From: Thermoflexales bacterium
GTDB taxonomy: Bacteria; Chloroflexota; Anaerolineae; B4-G1; SLSP01
Direction of reading: 5' to 3'
Length of the DNA stretch: 63,788 nt
Assembly (NCBI GenBank): GCA_007125545.1
Contig: SLDA01000221.1
Span: 1-63,788 of the forward strand
The notes beneath the pieces are model-generated. The model did not search any database. It was not told the DNA's origin and saw only the letters and a list, made by a program, of their open reading frames with translations. Positions 23,801 through 32,554 of this stretch are shown here, piece after piece. A program made the translations under genes and the position numbers. The number at the start of each line of letters is the position of its first letter. Position 1 is the first letter of the stretch.

Positions 23801-25828
23801 GTGAGCAGCGTTCAATACCTGATCGGCAAGACCCTAGCCAAATACGAGATCTTGGAGCATATCGGCCATGGCGGTATGTCCGAGGTCTATAAGGGACGGC
23901 AGACTCAACTCAACCGCATGGTTGCTGTTAAGGTGCTGCATCCCTTCTTGGCCGATGAAGAAGGATTCGTCGTTCGATTCCAACGGGAAGCCCGGATCGT
24001 AGCGACTTTGCGCCACCCCAACATCGTCCAGGTATATGACTTCGATCACCATGACGAGTTGGACATCTACTATATGGTGATGGAGTACATCGACGGTCAA
24101 ACCCTCAGAGATCTGCTGGAAAACGGACCTATCTCACCGGAGGACACGATTCACGTCGGTAGTGCCATTGCCGAGGCCCTAGACTATGCGCACCAGCGCA
24201 ATATGGTTCACCGCGATATAAAGCCGGCCAATATCATGTATCTGAATGGCACAGAGCCGGTACTGACCGACTTTGGGATCGCTAGAATGCTGACGCTATC
24301 CGGCTTGACCGCGAGTGGAGCTATGGTCGGAACGCCCGCCTATATGGCGCCCGAGATTGGAACCGGCAAGGCTGGTGCTGCGGCGTCCGATATCTACTCC
24401 TTGAGCGTCGTGCTTTATCATGCGGCGACCGGCAACCTTCCTTTCGTGGCCGAAACGCCGATGGGCATGGTTCTAGGTCATATCAGCAAACCACCGCCGC
24501 GCCCCTCGATTTTCTCACCCGATCTCCCGGAGCCCCTGGAGCGGGTGATTCTGCGTGGGATGGAGAAGGACCCGGAAGCGAGATTTCGCACCGCGGGAGA
24601 GATGGCGTCAGCCTTGCGTCATATTCTTAACCCACCCACCTTAGCATCGGCTGCCTTTTCCGACACTGAGGCCCAGCCTTCTGAACCACTCGCACCTGGC
24701 GCCACCGTCTCAGGACACCATGTCAAGCTTGACCAAGACGCGCAGACAGCACATAACGAGGACGAATCGGCTGAAGTCGAGGAAGCCGACCATGAGCTTA
24801 TCACCTCCTCGGCTCCTGCGGCAATCACGGCATCAGCACCCGACGCCGTTGGCGGTCGACGGGGAAACTCTGTATCGCAGCCAACCCTTCACAAAATCCT
24901 GAGGATGCCGACGGCTTGGCTCCTGCTGGTGATCGTGACCGGGCTTACCTTAACGGGCCTATGGTACAGTCTTGTCCGCAGTGCCGACTCGCTGGCGGAG
25001 GCGGTGCGCACCGTGGACACCGTCGGTGCGGTCACAGACGCGGTCGCTCCCGAAATACCTGCGCCAGCGACGGCACCCACAGCAACACCGGCTCCGGCAG
25101 ATAATCTGTCTACGGGGCGTCAACCGCCGGCACCTCTCTTGTCTGTCGCGGCGGCTGATTGCACGCTCCGCGGAAGAATAGAGCATGTCAGCATCGAGCC
25201 AAACAAACGTGTGGCGCCCCAAGCCTCACTGATGGCGTATGTCACGCTGCGCAATAATGGGACGTGCGAATGGCCGGAAGGCATCGAATTGCGCCTCACG
25301 GGCGACGACGCTTTCCACATACCGGGGTATTTAGCTGTCGAAACCCTGGATCCCGGTGAGATCATGCAAATCCTCATCCCGCTCGCCGCACCACAAGACC
25401 TCGGCACGTACCAGACGACCGTAGAGATGCGCGATGCACAGGGTGGTGCGTTTGGGAGTCCGGTTAAACTGGCCCTCATTGTCGACGATCTTCCACTTCA
25501 AACACCGCTACCGGCAGTACCGGTGACAGAAGAGGCTGCAACCCCACAACCTCTGGCAATGAATGCACCGCTGCTTGTGAGATGGGAGGATCAACCATCC
25601 GAGGATCGCTGGAGCGGAATCGTCGAACTGGCGGCTGAAGGTAGTTCGGGTAGGTACCGCTATTACCAAGATGAGATTGGCGCGACCACCGAGATCGTTC
25701 AGGGCAGAATAGCAGTTGTGGGCAGGCGTTGCGAATCTGTTATCCTGAATATATGGGTGCTAGCTGAAAATGAGAGTATCTATTGGCAGGGCGAGATTCC
25801 TTTTCCAGCACCTGAGCGGTGCGGGTGA
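23801..25828 (+). CDS. Hanks-type Ser/Thr protein kinase with one TM helix and an extracytoplasmic Ig-like (NBR1-type) domain
   Basis: GHGGMSEVYKG, VAVK, HRDIKPANI, DFGIA, TPAYMAPE. TM helix LLLVIVTGLTLTGLWY. C-terminal segment LRNNGTCEWPEGIELRL...GTYQTTVEMRD. Confidence 0.9.
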   Translation: MSSVQYLIGKTLAKYEILEHIGHGGMSEVYKGRQTQLNRMVAVKVLHPFLADEEGFVVRFQREARIVATLRHPNIVQVYDFDHHDELDIYYMVMEYIDGQTLRDLLENGPISPEDTIHVGSAIAEALDYAHQRNMVHRDIKPANIMYLNGTEPVLTDFGIARMLTLSGLTASGAMVGTPAYMAPEIGTGKAGAAASDIYSLSVVLYHAATGNLPFVAETPMGMVLGHISKPPPRPSIFSPDLPEPLERVILRGMEKDPEARFRTAGEMASALRHILNPPTLASAAFSDTEAQPSEPLAPGATVSGHHVKLDQDAQTAHNEDESAEVEEADHELITSSAPAAITASAPDAVGGRRGNSVSQPTLHKILRMPTAWLLLVIVTGLTLTGLWYSLVRSADSLAEAVRTVDTVGAVTDAVAPEIPAPATAPTATPAPADNLSTGRQPPAPLLSVAAADCTLRGRIEHVSIEPNKRVAPQASLMAYVTLRNNGTCEWPEGIELRLTGDDAFHIPGYLAVETLDPGEIMQILIPLAAPQDLGTYQTTVEMRDAQGGAFGSPVKLALIVDDLPLQTPLPAVPVTEEAATPQPLAMNAPLLVRWEDQPSEDRWSGIVELAAEGSSGRYRYYQDEIGATTEIVQGRIAVVGRRCESVILNIWVLAENESIYWQGEIPFPAPERCG

Positions 25829-25851
25829 GGCTACATAGGGAGGGCGAATCG

Positions 25852-26469
25852 ATGGATCAGCGGGAAATGGTGGCTCTGCTAGAAAGGCGGGGGATTCGAG
25901 ATGAACGTGTACTGGAGGCTATGGCGGCGGTTCCCCGACAGGCGTTCGTGCCCGAGAGCAGACTCGAGGCCGCTTACGGCGATCACGCGCTTCCCATCGG
26001 CCATCAACAGACCATCTCCCAGCCCTACATTGTGGCTTTGATGACCGAGGCATTGGAACTTACGCCGGGGAAGCGAGTCTTGGAGATTGGCACCGGCTCT
26101 GGATATCAGGCGGCGGTACTGGCTGAGATGGGAATGGACGTTTACACGATCGAGCGGATCCCTGAACTGGGCGAAGCAGCCGCGCGTAACCTTGAAGAAC
26201 AGGGATATGCTGTCCACACAAAGGTGGATGATGGGTATCGCGGATGGAGCGACTACGCACCATTCTCGGGGATCGTTGTCACGGCTGCCGCACCGGAGAT
26301 TCCCGAGCCGCTCGTTTCGCAACTGGCGGATGGTGGCCGAATGGTGATCCCAGTTGGCCCCACTGGCAGCTATCAGACGCTGTGGAAAGTGATCCGCAGA
26401 GGAGACCAAATCGAACGGGTTAACCTGGGCGGCGTCGCTTTCGTCCCCTTCATTTCTGAGGAACTGTGA
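25852..26469 (+). CDS. pcm: Protein-L-isoaspartate O-methyltransferase
   Basis: ISQPYIVALM and the SAM motif LEIGTGSGYQAAVLA. ATG 25852 is preceded by GGGAGGG. Confidence 0.9.
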   Translation: MDQREMVALLERRGIRDERVLEAMAAVPRQAFVPESRLEAAYGDHALPIGHQQTISQPYIVALMTEALELTPGKRVLEIGTGSGYQAAVLAEMGMDVYTIERIPELGEAAARNLEEQGYAVHTKVDDGYRGWSDYAPFSGIVVTAAAPEIPEPLVSQLADGGRMVIPVGPTGSYQTLWKVIRRGDQIERVNLGGVAFVPFISEEL

Positions 26470-27268
26470 TATCGGGGCTTGCCGGCGGCAGCAGGGTAAG
26501 CAGCCGCTTGCCGGGAAGTTGCCGGAAGGTGGCGCCCTGACTCACAGCTGCCCTTACCGGAGGTATGTCCACGATTACGGTACCGGACACAGCGTTGATG
26601 CCGTAGCGAAAGAAGATCGGCGAAAGCGGAGTTGTAGCGCCCAGGACCACCACAAAGGCATCGTCGCGGCAGAGCGCAACAAGCTCATCGAAAGTCTTGT
26701 TGAGCAGTGAGGTTCCGGTCAGTGCAACAACGTCGGCTTGGGGCAGTAGTTGCGGCGCCTCCGCCGCAGGCCGATCGCCGGGCCCCGGGTTCAGCTCGAG
26801 GACCCATAGGGTAGAAGCCGCTTCACGCAAACGCGAGACGAAAGGGAAGTGTCCTACTACTGCTACCTGTCGTCCGGCACCCTTCTCGGCAATGATGTCG
26901 GCGGCGTTTATCTCAAAGCAGCGTGAGGCGTTCACCTCCAGCAATGCGTTGATGGTCGCCATTCCGACACTGGCCTCCAGCGAGCTTTCACTCTGCGCCA
27001 GGGCAGCCAGATCCTGTGTGGGCAAAGCCAGAAGCTGTCCCGCATTCACAACCGGCGCACCGGCCCCGAGCATATGACCTTCCGCGCACGGGCTAAGCGT
27101 CGAGGCCAGCCCAGCGCAGGCCTTACCAGCGATCTCCAGGGTCACCAATGTCCAATGCGCACCGATACACACATCTACGGGTGTGGCGGCAGCGGCACGC
27201 GCGTGCAACTGTGATAGAAGCTCGCTGATTAAGGTAGTCATCGAAGTTGTTTTTTCCTTGGCGTCCAT
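26450..27268 (-). CDS. DUF364/DUF4213-type Rossmann-like protein (putative chelation/ligand-binding domain)
   Basis: VCIGAHWTLV...AGLAST pattern and a C-terminal Rossmann-like VAVVGHFPF segment. Start placed at ATG 27268; the longer N-terminus looks non-coding. Confidence 0.6.
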   Translation of the reverse strand: MDAKEKTTSMTTLISELLSQLHARAAAATPVDVCIGAHWTLVTLEIAGKACAGLASTLSPCAEGHMLGAGAPVVNAGQLLALPTQDLAALAQSESSLEASVGMATINALLEVNASRCFEINAADIIAEKGAGRQVAVVGHFPFVSRLREAASTLWVLELNPGPGDRPAAEAPQLLPQADVVALTGTSLLNKTFDELVALCRDDAFVVVLGATTPLSPIFFRYGINAVSGTVIVDIPPVRAAVSQGATFRQLPGKRLLTLLPPASPDITVPQK

Positions 27269-27395
27269 TATAATGGGTTTCCATGAACCGCCTAACGGCA
27301 AAGCACGCACAGCCCTCGACGAGCAGCCCGTTGAGCACGCCACAGCTTGCCGTAGATCTACGTCGGTCGTTTGATAGCGCATCCAAGGAGGTGTC

Positions 27396-28259
27396 GTGAG
27401 AGACCTGTCCTTCTCGCCCGTCATTCTCTGGCTGGGCGTGGCGTTAGCTCTCATCGGTACAGTGGCATTTCTGATGTGGACACCGGGCGACCTGCTGCGC
27501 ACGGCAGACTACATCGGTGCCGCGGTCTGCCACCGGCTCCCAGACCACTCCTTCATCATTGACGGGCACCAACTGCCGCTGTGCCAACGCTGTTCGGGCA
27601 CTTTCCCGGGCGCTCTCACGGGAGTCCTTGTTCAATGGGGGCTCTGGCGACGCCGACGTTCAACGAGCTTCCCCCGCTGGTTCTTGCTGATTCCTGTAGT
27701 CCTGTTTGCAGGGATGTGGGGTCTCGACGGCGTGAACTCGGCAACGTCGGAGAGCCAGATTTACGACCTGCTACAGCCGTGGTTTCCGCGGTCGGCTGGG
27801 GTGGGCATCCTAGGCTATGCGCCCCAACCCTGGCTACGGCTTCTCACCGGAGCGCTCATGGGGATGGGCATGAGCATTGTGTTGGTGCCGGCTTTCAATC
27901 AGACGCTCTGGTCCGATGGAGAAACAAGCCGCACGGTACGCAACTGGCACGAAATGGCAGCCCTACTCGTCATCGAACTTGGCATGGCGGCCCTTATCTA
28001 CCTTTTGGTTCCCTTGCCTTCCGCTGTCGGCATTTATGGAGTATCCTTGTATAGTGCCTTAGGTGTGCTGACTATGTTCGTCCTGCTCGGCGCCATGATG
28101 TTTTGCTTGCTCTTGCAGCGGGAGGGGAGCGTAGCAGGCTGGCGGAGTGCGGCAGTCCCTCTGATTTGGGGCTTCGTATTCGCCTTGTCCCTGGTGACCG
28201 TGATGGATGTGACCCGACTCTGGGTTACCGGAACCATTGATGGTGTTCCGGGCCTATAG
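27396..28259 (+). CDS. DUF2085-family membrane protein
   Basis: CHRLPDHSF...G.QLPLCQRCSG cysteine motif followed by several TM helices. Confidence 0.7.
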   Translation: MRDLSFSPVILWLGVALALIGTVAFLMWTPGDLLRTADYIGAAVCHRLPDHSFIIDGHQLPLCQRCSGTFPGALTGVLVQWGLWRRRRSTSFPRWFLLIPVVLFAGMWGLDGVNSATSESQIYDLLQPWFPRSAGVGILGYAPQPWLRLLTGALMGMGMSIVLVPAFNQTLWSDGETSRTVRNWHEMAALLVIELGMAALIYLLVPLPSAVGIYGVSLYSALGVLTMFVLLGAMMFCLLLQREGSVAGWRSAAVPLIWGFVFALSLVTVMDVTRLWVTGTIDGVPGL

Positions 28260-28405
28260 GGGCAGTTTGAGGTTGGCAGTGGCTGTCCGAGCGTCGTCCC
28301 GCGGGCACGCTGTTTGAGCGCCAAGCAGATCCGGCGAGCCGGTCAGTACAATCTTGTGAACTAGAGATCAACTGGTCCAACAGTCAATCTAAGGAGGTTT
28401 TCGCG

Positions 28406-29476
28406 ATGTATAAGAAGTTATTCATTCCCGGACCGACCCACGTGCGCGATGAGGTTTTAGAAGCACAAACTGCCCCGATGCTGGGGCACCGCAGCACGGA
28501 TTACTCTGATCTTCAAGCGGAAGTCACTCCGAAGTTGCAGCAACTGCTCTACACGGAACAACCGGTGTTCATCTACACCAGTTCCGGCACGGGCGTGATG
28601 GAAGGTTCAATCCGTCAAACTGTTCTCAAGCGCTCACTCAACACGGTCTGTGGGGCCTTCTCAAAGCGCTGGCATGACATAGCAGTCGCTAATGGCGTCC
28701 CCTGCGACAAGATTGAAGTACCGATGGGGGAAGGGTTTACTCCCGAGATGGTTGATGAAGCTCTGGCCGAGGGTGATTACGACGTCCTGACCGTCACATT
28801 GAACGAAACGTCAACCGGTGTCATGAACCCTCTCAAAGACATCGCCGCGATGGTGCGTGAGAAATACCCTGATGTAGTCATCCTGGTAGACGCCGTCTCA
28901 GCAATGGGTGGCGTGAAGATCGAGGTCGATGCCTGGGATGTCGATGTCGTCATCTCAAGCTCTCAGAAGTGCTTTGCTCTGCCACCGGGACTCACGATTG
29001 CTGCCGTGAGCGAGCGTGCGATGAAACGCGCGGAACAGGTGCCGAATCGAGGCTACTATTATGATTTCCTTGATATGTACAAGTATTTCAAGCGCAATCA
29101 GACGCCGGCTACGCCCGCTATCAGCTTGATTCAGGCCCTGAATCAGCAAATGGACGATATATTGGCGGATGGAATTGAGGCGCGTTGGGAACGCCATATC
29201 GCGATGGCGGAGGTTGTCCGCGCGTGGGCCAGGCAGTATTGGGCCCTCTTCCCGAACGAGAATTTCCTTTCAAACACTGTCACCACAATTAAGAATACGC
29301 GAGGTGTCAGCATCGCCGATTTGAACAAAGAGTTGGCGACCCGGGGCGCCATGCTCTCCAATGGATATGGCGGGCTGAAGGAACAGACCTTCCGTATCGC
29401 ACACATGGGAGACCTCACCGTCGAGGATGTTAAGTGGCTCCTGGGTATGATTGATGACATTCTAGATCTGGCATAG
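28406..29476 (+). CDS. Class V aminotransferase (serine-glyoxylate/phosphoserine aminotransferase type)
   Basis: AAGGAGG RBS. PGPT N-terminus and PLP-lysine region VVISSSQKCFALPPG. 356 aa. Adjacent to a PGDH-type gene. Confidence 0.85.
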   Translation: MYKKLFIPGPTHVRDEVLEAQTAPMLGHRSTDYSDLQAEVTPKLQQLLYTEQPVFIYTSSGTGVMEGSIRQTVLKRSLNTVCGAFSKRWHDIAVANGVPCDKIEVPMGEGFTPEMVDEALAEGDYDVLTVTLNETSTGVMNPLKDIAAMVREKYPDVVILVDAVSAMGGVKIEVDAWDVDVVISSSQKCFALPPGLTIAAVSERAMKRAEQVPNRGYYYDFLDMYKYFKRNQTPATPAISLIQALNQQMDDILADGIEARWERHIAMAEVVRAWARQYWALFPNENFLSNTVTTIKNTRGVSIADLNKELATRGAMLSNGYGGLKEQTFRIAHMGDLTVEDVKWLLGMIDDILDLA

Positions 29477-29550
29477 TTACCACACTCTAAAAATCAAGGG
29501 CAGGCAGGCTATGCCTCAATCCTTTACATTCTAAGCCACGGAGGGAGCAC

Positions 29551-30450
29551 ATGGGAAAGCTACTGATTTGCGATCCGGTGGATGAAAGCGCCATCGAGGA
29601 AATGCGCAACGCCGGCGTTGATGTGGACGTTCGCGATGACATCTCAGCTGAAGAACTCGCGGAGGTGATCGGGGAATACGAAGGTATCGTCGTGCGCAGC
29701 CGTACGAAGGTCCCCAGTGCGTTGATCGATAGGGCAACATCGCTGAAAGTCATCATCCGTGGGGGTGTCGGACTGGACAGCATTGACGTTGCTCATGCTC
29801 AAGAGAAGGGTATCGCTGTGCGGAATACGCCGGAAGCCAACTCGAACGCGGTGGTCGAACTCGTTCTCGGACTGATGATCGCGCTCGCGCGCAATGTCAC
29901 ATCTGCGGACAAAGCGATGAAAGAGGGGCGATGGACGAAGAAGCAACTCCAGGGAACGGAGATCGAGGGTAAGACCTTGGGCATCATCGGCTTTGGTCGC
30001 ATCGGTCAGATGCTGGGAGACAAGGCGAAAGCCTTGGGTATGGAGGTCCGTGCCTGCGATCCTTACATAGCTGATTCCGACCTTCTCTGCCTGGAGGATC
30101 TGCTTGCAGTAGCGGACTACATCAGCTTACACGTTCCCGGGGGCGCGGAAACGAAGAACCTGCTCGATGCCGAGAATCTGCAAAAAACCAAGCGCGGCGT
30201 GTTCATCGTTCAGGCATCTCGCGGCGGCACCGTTGATGAGCAAGCTCTATATGAGGCGCTGGAGTCGGGCCAAGTCGCCGGAGCAGCCTTGGACGTCTAT
30301 ACCGAAGAGCCGCCCAAGAGCGAGCTGTTACATAAACTTGTGGGCTTACCTCAAGTGATCGCGACTCCTCATATCGGAGCCGCAACTGAAGAGGCGCTCG
30401 CCCGGGTGGGCGGAGAAGTAGCGGCATTGGCAATATCCTATCTCGCCTAA
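29551..30450 (+). CDS. serA: D-3-phosphoglycerate dehydrogenase, short form without an ACT domain
   Basis: LGIIGFGRIGQMLG NAD motif, RGG..D, ATPHIGA catalytic His. 299 aa. Confidence 0.8.
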   Translation: MGKLLICDPVDESAIEEMRNAGVDVDVRDDISAEELAEVIGEYEGIVVRSRTKVPSALIDRATSLKVIIRGGVGLDSIDVAHAQEKGIAVRNTPEANSNAVVELVLGLMIALARNVTSADKAMKEGRWTKKQLQGTEIEGKTLGIIGFGRIGQMLGDKAKALGMEVRACDPYIADSDLLCLEDLLAVADYISLHVPGGAETKNLLDAENLQKTKRGVFIVQASRGGTVDEQALYEALESGQVAGAALDVYTEEPPKSELLHKLVGLPQVIATPHIGAATEEALARVGGEVAALAISYLA

Positions 30451-30462
30451 TCAGGAGGTGGC

Positions 30463-31788
30463 ATGGCGAACATCCAACCCTTTCAAGGATTGCGCTACAA
30501 TCCTAGCAAGTTCTGCGATTTGTCGGACGTGATCACGGCACCTTACGATCGCATCCACGAAGCAGAACAGCTCCGATACTATGAGCAGTCAGCGTACAAC
30601 CTCGTTCGTATCATCCAGGGACGGAAGACCCCGGATGATAGCGCAACCAACAATGTCTACACCCGTGCGACAGCTTACCTGCACACCTGGACGGCCGAGG
30701 AAGTCCTGATCCGGGACCCGGAGCCCACGCTCTACGTGATAGAGCAAAGGTTCACAACCCCCGACGGGGTCGCACACCTGCGTCGGGGGTTAACAGCCGC
30801 CTTGGAGCTGACATCCTTTGAGGAAGGTGTTGTGCTTCCACACGAGCACACGCTAGAAGGACCGAAGATCGACCGCCTAAACCTGACTCGGGCTACAGAG
30901 ACGTCTTGGGGCCAGATCTTTATGCTTTATCCAGATCCACAGGCAACGGTCAACACACTTCTCCAGCCCTTTCTCGATGCACATATGCCCGCCATCGTCT
31001 ATGATCAGGTGGTCGAGCCTGAGGTGGAGCAGAACTTTTGGGTGTTGAACGATCCCGACGTAACAGCACAGGTGAAAGAGGACCTAAGGAGTATAGAGCC
31101 GCTGATCATTGCGGATGGGCATCATCGCTATGAGACAGCGCTGAAGTATCAGGCTGCTATGCAAGAGCAGAACCCGGAAGCCGGTCCTGATGCGGCCTTT
31201 AACTACGTTATGGTCACGCTGGTCAGCATGGATGATCCGGGCCTTGTAATCCTCCCCACGCACCGCTTAATCCACAGCTACAGCAAGATGGATGGAAAAG
31301 CATTGCTCACGGCACTCCGGACCCATTTCGACATCCAGGAAATACCCTCTCTCGGGGAACTCCAGGAAGCGCTGGACAAGGCCGTGCCTGAACATCCCAG
31401 GTTTGGTCTCTACGATGGCAACTATCACCTGCTGATTCTGAAAAGCGGGGCCATTATGTCGCAGCTCCTACCCGACCGCGCGGACTCCTTCCGTACACTT
31501 GACGTGACAATTCTGCACGAACTGGTGCTCGAGAAGACGATGGGACTTAGCAAAGAGAGCGTACGAAATCGCGAGAATATCGACTATCTACGTGATCCCT
31601 TGCCAGGACTGACCGCGGTGGACGGCGGCGAAGCGAGCTTCCTCTTCCTTCTCAATCCGACGCGTATGAGTCAAGTTCAGACATGTACGTCAGCAGGCGA
31701 GCGGATGCCGCAAAAATCGACCGATTTCTTTCCAAAGATGGTGAGTGGTCTGGTCGCCTTACCCCTATCTGGCACACTCAAGGTATGA
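30463..31788 (+). CDS. DUF1015-family protein
   Basis: N-terminal IQPFQGLRYN...ITAPYD and central IADGHHRYETA are characteristic of DUF1015. Confidence 0.85.
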   Translation: MANIQPFQGLRYNPSKFCDLSDVITAPYDRIHEAEQLRYYEQSAYNLVRIIQGRKTPDDSATNNVYTRATAYLHTWTAEEVLIRDPEPTLYVIEQRFTTPDGVAHLRRGLTAALELTSFEEGVVLPHEHTLEGPKIDRLNLTRATETSWGQIFMLYPDPQATVNTLLQPFLDAHMPAIVYDQVVEPEVEQNFWVLNDPDVTAQVKEDLRSIEPLIIADGHHRYETALKYQAAMQEQNPEAGPDAAFNYVMVTLVSMDDPGLVILPTHRLIHSYSKMDGKALLTALRTHFDIQEIPSLGELQEALDKAVPEHPRFGLYDGNYHLLILKSGAIMSQLLPDRADSFRTLDVTILHELVLEKTMGLSKESVRNRENIDYLRDPLPGLTAVDGGEASFLFLLNPTRMSQVQTCTSAGERMPQKSTDFFPKMVSGLVALPLSGTLKV

Positions 31789-32453
31789 TGTCGATTCAAC
31801 CTGTGACCATACGCCACCTACTCTTTGATCTTGACGAGACTCTGTATACGGACACATCTGGACTCTTCTTGGAGGTTGGCGACAGGATCGAGGGGTGGAC
31901 GGCACAAGCGCTGGGAATTAGCCACGAGGAGGCCCGACGACTGCGTCGTCTCTACTATGAGAGATACGGGACGACGATGGCAGGGCTGCTGCACGATCAT
32001 CCGGAACTGGATATCGACGACTATCTGGACTATGTCCACGCCGTTGACGTGTCTCAATACCTAAAGCCGTCGCCGGAACTTGCGGCGATGCTCGCAGAGC
32101 TGCCCGCGCCGAAATCGATCTTCACGAACAGTATTAGTGATTGGGCCGAGCGCATCACGCGGCAGTTAGGCATTCGTGACCACTTCGAGCACATCTTCGA
32201 CGTGAGGTCAGTGGACTACCGGTGCAAGCCGAACCGGTACGCCTTTGCGAACGTACTGAAGCAACTGCAGCTTCCGGGTCAGGCCTGTGTGATGATAGAC
32301 GATCAACCAGCTTATCTCATAGGCGCCTCGCAGATCGGTATGCGCACCATTCTCGTCCGGCGTGACAGTCGGCCCGCCGAAGGTATCGATCATGCGATCT
32401 CGCGCATCCAAGATGCCGGCCCGCTCCTTCACAGTATGCTCGGCGGAAACTAA
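31785..32453 (+). CDS. HAD-superfamily hydrolase (pyrimidine 5'-nucleotidase/phosphatase-like)
   Basis: Motif I FDLDETLY. The ATG at 31785 overlaps the TGA of the DUF1015 gene (ATGA). Motif-III-like IDDQ. Confidence 0.8.
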   Translation: MMSIQPVTIRHLLFDLDETLYTDTSGLFLEVGDRIEGWTAQALGISHEEARRLRRLYYERYGTTMAGLLHDHPELDIDDYLDYVHAVDVSQYLKPSPELAAMLAELPAPKSIFTNSISDWAERITRQLGIRDHFEHIFDVRSVDYRCKPNRYAFANVLKQLQLPGQACVMIDDQPAYLIGASQIGMRTILVRRDSRPAEGIDHAISRIQDAGPLLHSMLGGN

Positions 32454-32489
32454 GAAGAGAGCATTGTAGCGATTTGTTGCACACACAAA

Positions 32490-32516
32490 CAGACACCCCC
32501 CGTTATGGGGGGTGTC
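32490..32516. terminator. Hairpin between convergent genes
   Basis: AGACACCCCCC / GGGGGGTGTCT 11-bp stem with a 5-nt loop. Confidence 0.6.
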
Positions 32517-32554
32517 TTGCATAGGTAAGTCAGGTACGCTTGCCGAGTGATTGC

